64,000 nucleotides of DNA, taken from the IMG/VR virus record IMGVR_UViG_2595698668_000001, positions 128,001 to 192,000 of that record; one strand, 5' to 3'. The notes under the pieces are model-generated. The model was not told the origin of the DNA, searched no databases, and saw only the letters and a program-made list of their open reading frames with translations. Position numbers and translations under genes: made by a program. Of this stretch, positions 1-9,841 are shown in pieces. This DNA comes from a virus (Duplodnaviria; Caudoviricetes). Position 1 is the first letter of the stretch. Each line of letters starts with the position of its first letter.

Positions 1-1736
1 ATAGACTCGGTGGCAACTCTACCGTTTAGGGTAGATGGTGTGATTGCAACTTGAGCCCAGTTTTCACCAGAACCGGATTGTGCGTTTGCTTGACTCTGTG
101 TCGCTACCTTCAACAACCCACGCATTGTTGTTGTAGATAGACGGTCGTTTAACAGGAACGGGCTTATTGCCACCCCAGACCATGCTTCATCGGATAGGTT
201 TCCACTAACTGCCTTGGATTCGCCATTAGATGCATATCGGGTGATACCACGACGGACGGTACTTGCCGTTTTATTAGCCAATGTTTCTGCGGTAACAAAA
301 TCCTCACAATCTGGGTTTTGACCGGTGGTGATCTCTTCTTTGTTCTTGTTTACAGATGCTTGAGAAGCAATAGCAGCCATACCATAAAATTCTGGTACAT
401 TGCGGTCTACCCGATACGGAATCTCCGACATAGTAACAACAGACCAAACGTCTTTACCAGAACCCAGAGCATTTGTGAAGTACACAAATTCCCACTGTTC
501 CCCCCGGTTTTGGATATCAAATGACTGAGTTTTTACGGTCTTTGATTCCATATTAGCGAGAAAATCACGATACGAGCTGATCCGTGGATTCATCAACGTA
601 TTTCCATCCGGAACAAAGAAATCATTTGTGCTGGTTGCGTCGATGTTTAAAGTTAAAGTAGAACCCCTTTTCATGTATCGTGTGTCTATAAAGAAGCTAT
701 CACCTCTTGCAGCATCGCGGGGGAATGTAATGTTGACAGTCGAGGGTGTTTCAGTATAAACTACTAGTCGGTCGTTTGGTTGACCCAAGTATGTAGATGT
801 TTTAACGCTTTTCCAACGACTATAGCTATCAGAATCAAAAACTCGCCATGCGTTGAGGGTTGAATCAAAGACAAACATACCCCAATCAGTAGAATCGAAA
901 ACAACCGTTTTCATTGGGGTCGATCCGTATTCAACTATGATGTTGTGGCTACTACCCGGATGAACGTTTACGGTTGTCTTTGTTACTGGGTTATTACCAT
1001 CAAGGTCATATGTGGTAATGGTATCACCGTTTCTGGCGAATTTTGGTAGTTGGATCTTAATTCCACCTGCATATCTGGTTTCTCTCATCAACTGATCGCC
1101 AACAATGGATTTATAATATCCACCTGCTGGGTATGACTTGTTGCTAATAAATGATTTGTTTACATCACCAGCGTATTCAGTTTGAACAAACCATTCACTA
1201 CCATTCAAAATGAAGTAGTTGGATGAATTTTTGGCGGTAATTTTATAAGAAGCCAAACCGGAAATAGTTCTTCCATTACCAGAAACATCTATGGTATAAT
1301 CGTGAAGATTAGAACCATTATCTCTGATAACAATAACGTCCCCATTAAGGGCATTAGTTGGTAGGGTAAATGTTACGTCACTACTTATGGTCTGTGCCAA
1401 GATGTGATCGCCAGCAGAAAGATTTGTCAACGCTGGTGCATTAGTCGTAACCAGCTTCCAACTTGGGTCTGTACGTACTGGTTTCCATTTTACCGGGTTG
1501 AATGCCTCTGGTGAGGTTATATCAACTTGACTTAGGTATATGCGGTTATCATAGATAACAGCAAAGTTTTTGTCGTATGTTCTAGTTGCGTCATATAGTT
1601 GGATTGTGTTTTCTTGTACAAAGAAATCGACACTCACACCATCCATCTTTGAGTTAATATCGGGATATCCGACGTTAACTATTTTTTGACCTGCGGCATC
1701 TAAGCCGTCGGTAACGCGAAACGGAATTGAAGACAT
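1..1736 (-). CDS. gp34: Long tail fiber proximal subunit (5' part, runs off window start)
   Basis: Hand translation from ATG 1736: MSSIPFRVTDGLDAAGQKIVNVGYPD..DFFVQENTIQLYDATRTY, the gp34 N-terminus; (T/S)PxxLxxRxAT..RG repeats in the same frame near 1-300; divergent from rnh as in T4. Confidence 0.92.
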   Translation of the reverse strand, partial: MSSIPFRVTDGLDAAGQKIVNVGYPDINSKMDGVSVDFFVQENTIQLYDATRTYDKNFAVIYDNRIYLSQVDITSPEAFNPVKWKPVRTDPSWKLVTTNAPALTNLSAGDHILAQTISSDVTFTLPTNALNGDVIVIRDNGSNLHDYTIDVSGNGRTISGLASYKITAKNSSNYFILNGSEWFVQTEYAGDVNKSFISNKSYPAGGYYKSIVGDQLMRETRYAGGIKIQLPKFARNGDTITTYDLDGNNPVTKTTVNVHPGSSHNIIVEYGSTPMKTVVFDSTDWGMFVFDSTLNAWRVFDSDSYSRWKSVKTSTYLGQPNDRLVVYTETPSTVNITFPRDAARGDSFFIDTRYMKRGSTLTLNIDATSTNDFFVPDGNTLMNPRISSYRDFLANMESKTVKTQSFDIQNRGEQWEFVYFTNALGSGKDVWSVVTMSEIPYRVDRNVPEFYGMAAIASQASVNKNKEEITTGQNPDCEDFVTAETLANKTASTVRRGITRYASNGESKAVSGNLSDEAWSGVAISPFLLNDRLSTTTMRGLLKVATQSQANAQSGSGENWAQVAITPSTLNGRVATES

Positions 1737-1775
1737 TTACAAGATCCTCTTGTGTTAGAATTAGTTATCATATAT

Positions 1776-1783
1776 TATTTAGG
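1776..1783 (-). promoter_or_regulatory. Late promoter CCTAAATA for gp34
   Basis: Same motif recurs upstream of most structural genes in the window. Confidence 0.75.
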
Positions 1784-1794
1784 GAGATTAACAG

Positions 1795-2730
1795 ATGTCA
1801 TTATTTGACAATCCAGATCTTGGGCTAACTGGCGAACCCAATATTCAACTAATAGATTATAGCCAAATAGTAATTTCAAATTTGATGTTTTACTTCAAAC
1901 CGGAAGATATCATCACTCCAAAAATCATTCGTAATATCATCATCGATGCATTGCGTTCTCATGTTTTGAAAAACAAAAATGATTATCCAAATATCATTAT
2001 TGCAATAGATTCCGTTGATGGATATTGGCGACGGGATGTAGCGCCGTATTATAAAAAGAGTCGGATCGCCAAAAAAGAAGAAAGTGGTTACGATTGGAAA
2101 GCTATTGGTGAAGCAATGACCGAAGTTCGGAAAGAAATTGCGCAATACCTTCCGTATAAGACTATTTATGTTCCGGGTGCAGAAGCAGATGATATTTTTG
2201 GTGTTTTGATAAAATACTTCAAAGAGAAAGACCCAGATGTTAAGATACACATAACGTCAGCAGATGGAGACTTTACCCAGCTTCAAAAGTGGAAAGGTGT
2301 TCGTCAATGGAACCCAATGCATAAGAAATGGGTTAAACCTGAACATGGTAGCGCCCAACGGGATCTCCTTTATAAAATTGTAAAGGGTGATACCAAGGAC
2401 TCCATCGCAAATATCTACTCTCCGTCTGACCTTATTTATAAAAATAGTCTTCTGGAAAAAGAAGACCGAGTGAGACAGAAATCAATTCGAAAAGAATTGC
2501 TGGCAAGTGTATTTACTGCCAAGGAACCAAAATCGCTTTTTGAAGGTGATGTATTGGAAAGATTTGAAGAAAATGAAAAATTAATTGATTTTAACTTCAT
2601 CCCCGATGATATTTCTGCTAAAATACTCACAGAATATCATTCTTTCAAAGTTCCAGCTCGTGGTAAAATCACAAATTACTTTATCTCTTCTGGTATGTCA
2701 GAAATGATCGGAAAAGAATCTGAATTTTAA
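1795..2730 (+). CDS. rnh: RNase H / 5'-3' exonuclease (FEN-like)
   Basis: LIDYSQI, YWRR..PYYK..R, EADD, SADGDFTQL, KGD..D.I motifs; T4 synteny. Confidence 0.95.
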   Translation: MSLFDNPDLGLTGEPNIQLIDYSQIVISNLMFYFKPEDIITPKIIRNIIIDALRSHVLKNKNDYPNIIIAIDSVDGYWRRDVAPYYKKSRIAKKEESGYDWKAIGEAMTEVRKEIAQYLPYKTIYVPGAEADDIFGVLIKYFKEKDPDVKIHITSADGDFTQLQKWKGVRQWNPMHKKWVKPEHGSAQRDLLYKIVKGDTKDSIANIYSPSDLIYKNSLLEKEDRVRQKSIRKELLASVFTAKEPKSLFEGDVLERFEENEKLIDFNFIPDDISAKILTEYHSFKVPARGKITNYFISSGMSEMIGKESEF

Positions 2731-2745
2731 TTGAGGAAATATAAT

Positions 2746-3069
2746 ATGGCTCGTGAAGCAAAAGAAAAACCTATTTTTAATATCCATTCTTCTAAGCAAG
2801 AACTTATTCAACTAGTAAAAACTTGCTATGAACATCACACCAAGATCTCTATCGAGAAGGAAGGTATCAAAGCCGCTAAAGATGCAGCAAAGGCGATGGG
2901 TGTGGATGGTAAGCGTTTCAATAAGGTTCTGAAAATGTATCTTGATCAGAACCGTGACGAAGTAGAACAAGAAAACGAAGAAGCAATCGACCTCTTTGAT
3001 ACTCTGTTTGTTAATGGTATGAAACAACAATCCCACGACTTTGATGATGAAGTTGAGGAAGATGAATAA
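2746..3069 (+). CDS. dsbA: Double-stranded DNA binding protein
   Basis: GVDGKRFNKVLKMY..Q.R..E.ENEE motif; position between rnh and gp33; ATG 2746 after GAGG. Confidence 0.88.
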   Translation: MAREAKEKPIFNIHSSKQELIQLVKTCYEHHTKISIEKEGIKAAKDAAKAMGVDGKRFNKVLKMYLDQNRDEVEQENEEAIDLFDTLFVNGMKQQSHDFDDEVEEDE

Positions 3070-3308
3070 TGGCTACAGAAAACGATAAGATTGAATTCTC
3101 TAAGAGAGTTGAAGAACTAGCAGAGGCTCAAGGTTTGAGCCTGCTTACCGCCTGCTTTGAAGTGGCTGACGAACAATCGGTGGAAGAGGATCAGATCCAT
3201 TCACATATCCACCCTGTTTTAAAAGAGAAAATTCGAATGGAAGCTATCAGTAACCGAGTACTTCGAGTTGAACAAGAAAATAACTTGGACTTTCTATTTA
3301 ACCAATGA
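3069..3308 (+). CDS. gp33: Late transcription coactivator
   Basis: FS..VE....G...L...I...LKEKI..EA....L pattern; synteny. Confidence 0.88.
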   Translation: MATENDKIEFSKRVEELAEAQGLSLLTACFEVADEQSVEEDQIHSHIHPVLKEKIRMEAISNRVLRVEQENNLDFLFNQ

Positions 3309-3970
3309 TTAAACTAATTCTCCCTCCAAAACCAATGATTACGATTGATGGGAGAAGCTGTTATCGCCTTTATAGGTCTTTAAAGACCCAATTTTCGAAC
3401 CCTAAATATCAGGTGGTTAAAGGTGGTGATTGGAAACTCCTAAATACATCGGAAGCAACCTATAATAAAATGGCTCGAAAGCACATTTACGAAAGGTTGG
3501 CGAAGAAATATAATCTGGGTACTCTCTGTGGTATAATGATCACGAATCTGTGTTCTAATCCGGATATGTGGGGTGGTGAATTCGGTGGTGAAGACGCCCA
3601 CGATCATTACTTAAAAACTACCGGTAAATATGAGAGAATGAGTATAGTCTTTAAGAAAGAAATTCAAGACTTACTCAGGAAATCAAAATCAAAAGGTGTA
3701 TCGTTCCGTGATATGATACTACCGACTGATGGTCAACCTTGGTTATTTAAATACGTCCAACAAGACGTTATTAGTTATGAAACGATGTTGCTTTTGGATT
3801 CATTATTCAATTTCATTGATTCGTATGATAAATTAAACGACCATGTTTGGCAGAACGGTTATTCTAGCCGTATCAAAGCTTATCGTAGCTTAGTTAAAAT
3901 AGATAAAGAAAAAGTAAGAAAACATTTCAAAAAAATAATCGAAGATTACAAAGAACTAAACAATATCTAA
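3305..3970 (+). CDS. gp59: Helicase loader
   Basis: MIKLILPP..IDGRSCYRLY, LAKKY, ISYET.LLD; synteny. Confidence 0.93.
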   Translation: MIKLILPPKPMITIDGRSCYRLYRSLKTQFSNPKYQVVKGGDWKLLNTSEATYNKMARKHIYERLAKKYNLGTLCGIMITNLCSNPDMWGGEFGGEDAHDHYLKTTGKYERMSIVFKKEIQDLLRKSKSKGVSFRDMILPTDGQPWLFKYVQQDVISYETMLLLDSLFNFIDSYDKLNDHVWQNGYSSRIKAYRSLVKIDKEKVRKHFKKIIEDYKELNNI

Positions 3971-3994
3971 AAATAATCCAAAGGAAAATAAAAT

Positions 3995-4966
3995 ATGTCT
4001 ACTGCATTTGTTCGTCGTAAAAAAGACCCGTCCGCCCTGCAAGCTCAACTGGAAGCTGTATCTAACAAAGGTGGTTTCCAACAAGACCTGACTGAATGGA
4101 AACTGACTGTTGATAAGAAAACCAAAGAAGGCTCCGCTATCATTCGTTTCCTGCAACCTAGTGATCTGGAAGGTATGGAAGATTGGCCCACCATCGTGAC
4201 CATCTCTAACCACTTTGTAGAGCGCGGTGGTAAGTACTACGTAGAAAACTGTACCGGTGGTACTCACAAGAATTACGACGGCTGCCCTGTGTGTCAATGG
4301 CGTAATGCTCAAGGTTGGGACTGGTCTAGCGAAGCTGATAAGAAAGCTGCTCGTGAAACTGGAACCAGTATCAATACCAACTACTGGGCTAACATCATGG
4401 TCATCAAAGACCCGGCTAACCCAGATAATGAAGGTAAAGTATTCAAATACCGTTTTGGTGTTACCATCCTGAAAATGATTCAAGCCGCTGCCGCTGGTGA
4501 TGAGGAAATGGGTGAAGCCAAGATTACCGTTACTGATCTGGACGAAGGCGCTAACTTCCTGCTCCGTTCTACCAAGAAGAACGAAAAGAATGGTACTCTG
4601 GAAACTTCCAAGTTCCAGCCGGTTGGTCCTCTTCCGGGTATTGAAAAGCCGGAAGTTCAGAAGGCAATTCTGGAAGGTATGCAGGATCTGCGTAAGATTG
4701 TAGCTGCTGACCAATTCAAGCCCTATGATGAACTCAAGAAGAAGTTTGATACTATTATGGGTGTTCGTGGTTCTACTGCTTCTGCAAAGAAAGCTGATCA
4801 AGAACTCGATTCATTCGAAGCAGATATGAAAAACTTCGAAGCAAGCACCACTTCCAAACAGGAAGTAAAGAAAGATGATACCGACGAACTGGCTAAAGCT
4901 GTGTCAGAAAGTGTAGGTTCCTCTGATGGTGATGACGACCTAGACGCTCTGTTGGCTGGTCTGTAA
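3995..4966 (+). CDS. gp32: Single-stranded DNA binding protein
   Basis: EWKL, A.IRFL, Zn ligands H..ENC..CPVC, YWANI.VIKDP.NP.NEGKVFKY, acidic tail DDDLDALLAGL. Confidence 0.97.
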   Translation: MSTAFVRRKKDPSALQAQLEAVSNKGGFQQDLTEWKLTVDKKTKEGSAIIRFLQPSDLEGMEDWPTIVTISNHFVERGGKYYVENCTGGTHKNYDGCPVCQWRNAQGWDWSSEADKKAARETGTSINTNYWANIMVIKDPANPDNEGKVFKYRFGVTILKMIQAAAAGDEEMGEAKITVTDLDEGANFLLRSTKKNEKNGTLETSKFQPVGPLPGIEKPEVQKAILEGMQDLRKIVAADQFKPYDELKKKFDTIMGVRGSTASAKKADQELDSFEADMKNFEASTTSKQEVKKDDTDELAKAVSESVGSSDGDDDLDALLAGL

Positions 4967-4972
4967 GAATTC

Positions 4973-4998
4973 AAAAAGAGACCTTCGGGTCTCTTTTT
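4973..4998 (+). terminator. Rho-independent terminator with CUUCGG loop
   Basis: AAAAAGAGAC-CTTCGG-GTCTCTTTTT after gp32. Confidence 0.9.
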
Positions 4999-5000
4999 TA

Positions 5001-5031
5001 GTTTACAACGTATGAAATTTTGTGATAGAAT
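5001..5031 (+). promoter_or_regulatory. Early (sigma70-type) promoter
   Basis: GTTTACA (T4-type -35), 18 nt spacer, TGaTAGAAT extended -10. Confidence 0.7.
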
Positions 5032-5049
5032 GATTTAAAACATAATGAG

Positions 5050-5658
5050 GTGAAAATGAAAAGTGCATTTCTAACAGACATTGATGGTGTATGTGTTTCA
5101 TGGCAAAGTAATCTACCGTTCTTTGCGGCTGAACATAACCTACCGACTGACGTAATTATCGAGATGATGATGGACGAGAAGTTTAGACCGATGAGCGAGA
5201 TTTTTAATTGCTCCCCTGCATTTGGTGAACAACTTCTCAGGAAATACAATGAAAGTAAGTGGATTCGTGGTCTCAAACCTTATAACGATGCACTGAAATT
5301 CATCAATGAAAATAAAGATGAATTCGATTTCATTGGTATTACTGCTTTGGGAACTAAGTTCGAAGTTGCTGCAAACCGGATGTCGAACCTGAACGTATTA
5401 TTTCCCGGTGCGTTTCGTGAAGTTCTGATCTGTGATCATAACGAAAGTAAAGAGAAACTGTTTGAAGAGGCATTTCAACACTATGGAAATCGGATAGTAA
5501 CTTACGTGGATGATCTACCTCATCACTGTGATATGGCTCGTAAGGTGCTAAATGACCGTTGTGGACTCAATATCCCAGTTTATGAAATGAACCGCCGTAA
5601 TAGCGACAAATCCGAATTCGTAGTTAACGATTTCAGTCAACTAGTAGGTAAAATTTAA
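5050..5658 (+). CDS. HAD-superfamily hydrolase (T4 30.2-like)
   Basis: LTDIDGV DxD motif, YVDD motif; upstream of ligase as in T4. Confidence 0.8.
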   Translation: MKMKSAFLTDIDGVCVSWQSNLPFFAAEHNLPTDVIIEMMMDEKFRPMSEIFNCSPAFGEQLLRKYNESKWIRGLKPYNDALKFINENKDEFDFIGITALGTKFEVAANRMSNLNVLFPGAFREVLICDHNESKEKLFEEAFQHYGNRIVTYVDDLPHHCDMARKVLNDRCGLNIPVYEMNRRNSDKSEFVVNDFSQLVGKI

Positions 5659-6119
5659 TGCAATATGAAGTAATTTGTGATGAAACAAATAATCCGATGT
5701 TAAATATTCAGTCTCCTGTTCCAACCTATTCTGTACCTCGCAGGGGGTACGTTTTTGTGCATCGTGGGATCTCTGGTATCTATGCTGGTATTCAGCTTGC
5801 ACATGCACTCGCACGACTTGTACATGACCAATACGCAAATACTGATATGATTGAGTGGATCCAAAACCACGAAACGCTGGTTGCTCTTGATGGTGGTAAT
5901 TCCGATAATATGAACCAGATTATGGGAATTTTGTATGGGGCAGATAATGTATTTTCGGCGTTTGAAGAACCCGATATGAACAATATGGTTACTGCAATTG
6001 CATATGTTCCATCTGAGGATGAAATGTTGGATATCGAATTCTATAAAAATAACAAGGAATTGATCCCTACAAATCCAGTAATCGATCTCCTTATTAAAAC
6101 TCGCACTCACAAAGGTTAA
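5658..6119 (+). CDS. Putative Pth2-like peptidyl-tRNA hydrolase
   Basis: YVFVHRGISG..AGIQLAHA...W...TLVAL...FEEPD...TAIAYVP resembles the Pth2 fold pattern. Confidence 0.6.
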   Translation: MQYEVICDETNNPMLNIQSPVPTYSVPRRGYVFVHRGISGIYAGIQLAHALARLVHDQYANTDMIEWIQNHETLVALDGGNSDNMNQIMGILYGADNVFSAFEEPDMNNMVTAIAYVPSEDEMLDIEFYKNNKELIPTNPVIDLLIKTRTHKG

Positions 6120-6122
6120 TAT

Positions 6123-7676
6123 ATGATTCTTGATATTCTGAACGAAATTAATACAGCCCGTGGTAGCGCAAAGCTGGAAGTTTTGAAATCACATGTAGAC
6201 AACGAACTTCTCTCCCGCGTATGTCTGATGACATACAGTAAGCAGATTACCTTTGGTATCAGCAAAAAGACATTCCCAGTCGTGTCGTCCCATACAGGGG
6301 AATGTAGTCTTGAAAAAGCTCTAACTTTCATGATGGAAAAATTTGCAACTCGGGTCTTTACTGGTGGAGATGCAATCAGTAGACTTTCCGAAATTCTCAG
6401 TCAATTGTCTGAATCGGATTCGGAAGTAGTTAAAAGGATCATGTTTGGTGATCTGGATGTCGGTATTAACGTATCCACTATCAATAAGGTATGGAAAGGT
6501 CTGGTTAAAGAACAACCTCAAATGTTGAGTAGCCCGGAAGATCAAAAACTAATTGATAAAATCCTCAAATTGGGTAATGCGTATGCAGAACTTAAGGCGG
6601 ACGGGGCTCGTGGATTTGGTGATGTGACCGGATTATCCACTGATGATGGTGTACATTTCTTTACCCGTAGCTCAAACGAATATTTGGGTCTTAATCGCAT
6701 TATGAGAGCGATTGATAAGATGCAATGCATTGGGTGGGTGTTGGACGGGGAATTCGTTGTACGCGCATCTGATGAGCCAGAAATCGATGTTATGGCATCC
6801 CTCATGGGTGATGTTGAAGAAGTTGAACTATCGAAAAGTAAAAAATACGATAAAACTGTGTTTGACCGTGAATCTGGTAATGGGATCATGAACACCTCCC
6901 TTAAAAACAGTATCACTCCGGAAGACTCAGAACGTGTGGTTTATCAGGTATGGGATATTGTACCCCGTGATGTGTATTATGGTTTGGTTCCATGTCCCCC
7001 AGAATTGACCCAACAGAAACGACGTCAAATTTTGATTGACTTCTTGTCTAAGTTGGATGATGATTGTATCCAGATCATTGAGTCTACCCCCGTAAAAACT
7101 CTTGCCGATGTACGCCGCGTGTATCAGGGTTATGTACAAGATGGATATGAAGGTATCATTCTTAAACACGGTGATTCTTTGTGGGAAAATAAGCGTAGTA
7201 AACTGTTTGTTAAGTTCAAGGAAAAATACCCGTTTGACCTTCGAATCATTGAGGTTTATCCTCATGACAAAGACCCTAACAAGGTTGGTGGATTTGTCAT
7301 GGTTTCCGAATGTGGTACTATCAAGACAAACGGCGGTAGTGGTCTTACTGATACAACACACAAGAAGTCATATAGTTCGGTTGACATTTTTAACCATCCA
7401 GAACTAGAACGATTTGAAGATAAGGGTGGTCAATTTATCGAAATCTATATCCCGTTGGAAGAACGTGGGGAACTAGACAGAGAAAAATTGATGCAGATGT
7501 ACCGCGATGGGGAACTTGATGATATGATTGTTGAGTGTGAAGTTAACGCACCAACCACATCAAAAACTCGGAAAGCTGGTGACCCAGAGTATAGTTTCTT
7601 CTTGCCTATCATCAAGAAACTGAGATGGGATAAGAATACCGCAAACCGCTACGAAGATGTTTTTGTTATCAGTTGA
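6123..7676 (+). CDS. gp30: ATP-dependent DNA ligase
   Basis: ELKADGAR (motif I), LDGE, EGIILK, WENKRS..KFK, C-terminal FLP..LRWDK. Confidence 0.97.
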   Translation: MILDILNEINTARGSAKLEVLKSHVDNELLSRVCLMTYSKQITFGISKKTFPVVSSHTGECSLEKALTFMMEKFATRVFTGGDAISRLSEILSQLSESDSEVVKRIMFGDLDVGINVSTINKVWKGLVKEQPQMLSSPEDQKLIDKILKLGNAYAELKADGARGFGDVTGLSTDDGVHFFTRSSNEYLGLNRIMRAIDKMQCIGWVLDGEFVVRASDEPEIDVMASLMGDVEEVELSKSKKYDKTVFDRESGNGIMNTSLKNSITPEDSERVVYQVWDIVPRDVYYGLVPCPPELTQQKRRQILIDFLSKLDDDCIQIIESTPVKTLADVRRVYQGYVQDGYEGIILKHGDSLWENKRSKLFVKFKEKYPFDLRIIEVYPHDKDPNKVGGFVMVSECGTIKTNGGSGLTDTTHKKSYSSVDIFNHPELERFEDKGGQFIEIYIPLEERGELDREKLMQMYRDGELDDMIVECEVNAPTTSKTRKAGDPEYSFFLPIIKKLRWDKNTANRYEDVFVIS

Positions 7677-7701
7677 CAAAAATGTACAGGGGGAGTAAAA
7701 T
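7673..7701 (+). promoter_or_regulatory. Early promoter TTGACA-17-TAAAAT, with -10 inside a hairpin loop
   Basis: Near-consensus sigma70 hexamers with 17-nt spacer; flanked by GGGGGA/TCCCCC inverted repeat. Confidence 0.75.
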
Positions 7702-7730
7702 CCCCCATACAATCAAAAGAGGAATACATT

Positions 7731-7907
7731 ATGAAAGGTTATATCTCATACATGGGTAAAGTTGTTGATGTAGAGCTTGACGAAAATGGTAACATCGATT
7801 TTGAATCTATGGGGATCCCAATCGTCGGGGTTGTACCGACTGCGTTTAACCAAAACACGTTTGTTGATGCATACGGTAATGTCCTTCATTTCAACGTACA
7901 TCGGTAA
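7731..7907 (+). CDS. Hypothetical protein (58 aa, MKGYISYMGKVVDVELDENG...)
   Basis: Hand-translated ORF with GAGGA SD; below ORF-track cutoff. Confidence 0.7.
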   Translation: MKGYISYMGKVVDVELDENGNIDFESMGIPIVGVVPTAFNQNTFVDAYGNVLHFNVHR

Positions 7908-7915
7908 GGGATTTT

Positions 7916-8536
7916 ATGACTCGCAAATTTAAATTCAAAGACGAAGAATCATTTAACAATTTCATCAATAAACATCTTTATATGAAAGGGGTTTTGTTCT
8001 GGTTCAGAGAATTTGAAGTCGATTATGACGAGGACTTTGGTGGGATCTATAATATCCAAGACGTTTTTGGTGATTGGCATACCACCCAGTTTGGTTCGCC
8101 TTTTTTCTGGTATGGTGATATTAAATCGTCCCTTATCGAAATTTATGATTGTGAATATCGCAATAAGTATGGTATGACCAGAGAAGAATACTGGGATGAG
8201 GTAATGCGCCGTCGTCAACCAGAATGGTGTGAGCTGGACCGTCTTAACATGATCGGGTCTCATTTCTTCCATGAAGATGAATACAAAGACACATATTATG
8301 ATGGTAAAATGTCTGTATTCCTTAGTGAGGCAAAAAGACCTTATGGGAACAAAGATATTCAACAGTCTATCGCCTATACTTTGGGGTGGGATTGGGGTCG
8401 TGAACTTTGTTACGATATGAAGGGGTTGCCAGATAATGTAAAAGAAGCAGCTACACAATTACATGAAAAATTGATAGCACAAGTTAGAGAGAAGGAAAAT
8501 AATGAGGAACGAGAACGAAATCACACTAACAAATAG
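7916..8536 (+). CDS. Hypothetical protein (KFKFKxEE N-terminal module)
   Basis: ORF with SD; N-terminus paralogous to 53952..54320. Confidence 0.75.
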   Translation: MTRKFKFKDEESFNNFINKHLYMKGVLFWFREFEVDYDEDFGGIYNIQDVFGDWHTTQFGSPFFWYGDIKSSLIEIYDCEYRNKYGMTREEYWDEVMRRRQPEWCELDRLNMIGSHFFHEDEYKDTYYDGKMSVFLSEAKRPYGNKDIQQSIAYTLGWDWGRELCYDMKGLPDNVKEAATQLHEKLIAQVREKENNEERERNHTNK

Positions 8537-9806
8537 TCAACAAATGGCGGTGGATGCGGTTCAATCTGGGACTGGTCATATTACGATATCCGGTCCCCCC
8601 GGTAGTGGTAAAACATTCTTGGTAAAATATATTATCAAAATGCTTGGTGACGAATTGGGTACAGTTCTTGCTGCCCCCACACACCAAGCTAAAATCGTTC
8701 TAACCGAGATGTCAGGTATTGAGGCTTGTACAATCCATAGCTTAATGAAAATCCACCCAGAAACACTCGAAGACATTCAGATCTTTGACCAAAGTAAAAT
8801 GCCAGACCTTAGCACGGTTCGATATCTCATTATCGAAGAAGCGTCTATGCATTCAAAAGCCCTGTTTAATATTACGATGAAATCTATTCCTCCGACTTGT
8901 CGTATTATTGCCATAGGAGATAAAGACCAGATCCAACCAGTAGATCACGCACCGGGCGAATTGAGTCCGTATTTCACAGATAGTAGATTTACTCAAATCC
9001 GAATGACTGATATTATGCGTCAATCTCTGGATAACCCGATTATTCAGGTAGCGACAACTATTAGGGAAGGTGGATGGATCTATCAGAACTGGAACAAAGA
9101 GAAAAAGTCTGGTGTGTATAAAGTAAAAAGTATCACAGACCTGATCAACTCATATCTCCGAGTTGTGAAAACTCCGGAAGACCTAACCAAATACAGGTTC
9201 TTGGCATTTACAAACAAGGTAGTTGATAAAGTCAACTCGATTGTTCGTAAACACGTATATAAAACAGACCTACCATTCATCGAAGGTGAGAAGCTTGTTT
9301 TACAAGAGCCGGTTATGGTTGAATACGACGATGATACGATAGAGACAATCTTCACTAATGGTGAGGTAGTAACTGTCGATGAAATTGAAGTGTCAGATAT
9401 GAACATTCGTATTGATGGCTCCCCAGCATTTTCTATTTCCGTTGCCAAGCTTAAGGTAACATCAGATTTTTCTGGTGTGACCCATGACATAATGTCTGTA
9501 TATGGTGAAGACTCAAAAGCTGAGTTTAATTACCAACTCAGTGAAGCGGCGGCTGTTATAAAACAAATGCAACGTGGACAAACTAAGGCAGCATGGGCTT
9601 CGTTCTGGGATGCTAAAAAGACATTTACAGAAACAAAATCTCTTGGTGCATGTACCATTCATAAAAGCCAAGGATCTACTGTAAAGGGTGTCTGGCTTGG
9701 GTTGCATGATATCAGTTACGCTGATACCGACCTACAACAACAACTTGTTTATGTTGGTGTGACTCGCCCCACGGATTTCTGTTTGTACTTCGATGGCTCT
9801 AAATAA
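8502..9806 (+). CDS. dda: Dda SF1B DNA helicase
   Basis: GPPGSGKT Walker A, APTHQAK, TIHS, GDKDQI.P, RQ, TIHKSQGST, YVGVTR. Confidence 0.96.
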   Translation: MRNENEITLTNSQQMAVDAVQSGTGHITISGPPGSGKTFLVKYIIKMLGDELGTVLAAPTHQAKIVLTEMSGIEACTIHSLMKIHPETLEDIQIFDQSKMPDLSTVRYLIIEEASMHSKALFNITMKSIPPTCRIIAIGDKDQIQPVDHAPGELSPYFTDSRFTQIRMTDIMRQSLDNPIIQVATTIREGGWIYQNWNKEKKSGVYKVKSITDLINSYLRVVKTPEDLTKYRFLAFTNKVVDKVNSIVRKHVYKTDLPFIEGEKLVLQEPVMVEYDDDTIETIFTNGEVVTVDEIEVSDMNIRIDGSPAFSISVAKLKVTSDFSGVTHDIMSVYGEDSKAEFNYQLSEAAAVIKQMQRGQTKAAWASFWDAKKTFTETKSLGACTIHKSQGSTVKGVWLGLHDISYADTDLQQQLVYVGVTRPTDFCLYFDGSK

Positions 9807-9810
9807 AGGA

Positions 9811-9828
9811 AAGGGGGAGTACCCCCTT
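9811..9828 (+). terminator. Short hairpin after dda
   Basis: AAGGGGG-AGTA-CCCCCTT; weak U-tail. Confidence 0.45.
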
Positions 9829-9841
9829 ACTTGAAAGGAAT

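Noticed and set aside
318-524. Small plus-strand ORF
   Set aside because: Lies antisense within gp34
3956-4801. 281-aa antisense ORF over gp32 (similar shadows over rnlB 15389..16375, 16621..17280, gp18, gp12 and gp10)
   Set aside because: Shadow ORFs opposite well-supported genes with no independent coding signal
7340-7480. Possible intein or intron in DNA ligase (extra segment); also checked uvsW, gp17 and dda
   Set aside because: Segment is short, with no intein C1/HN-C motifs and no frame interruption
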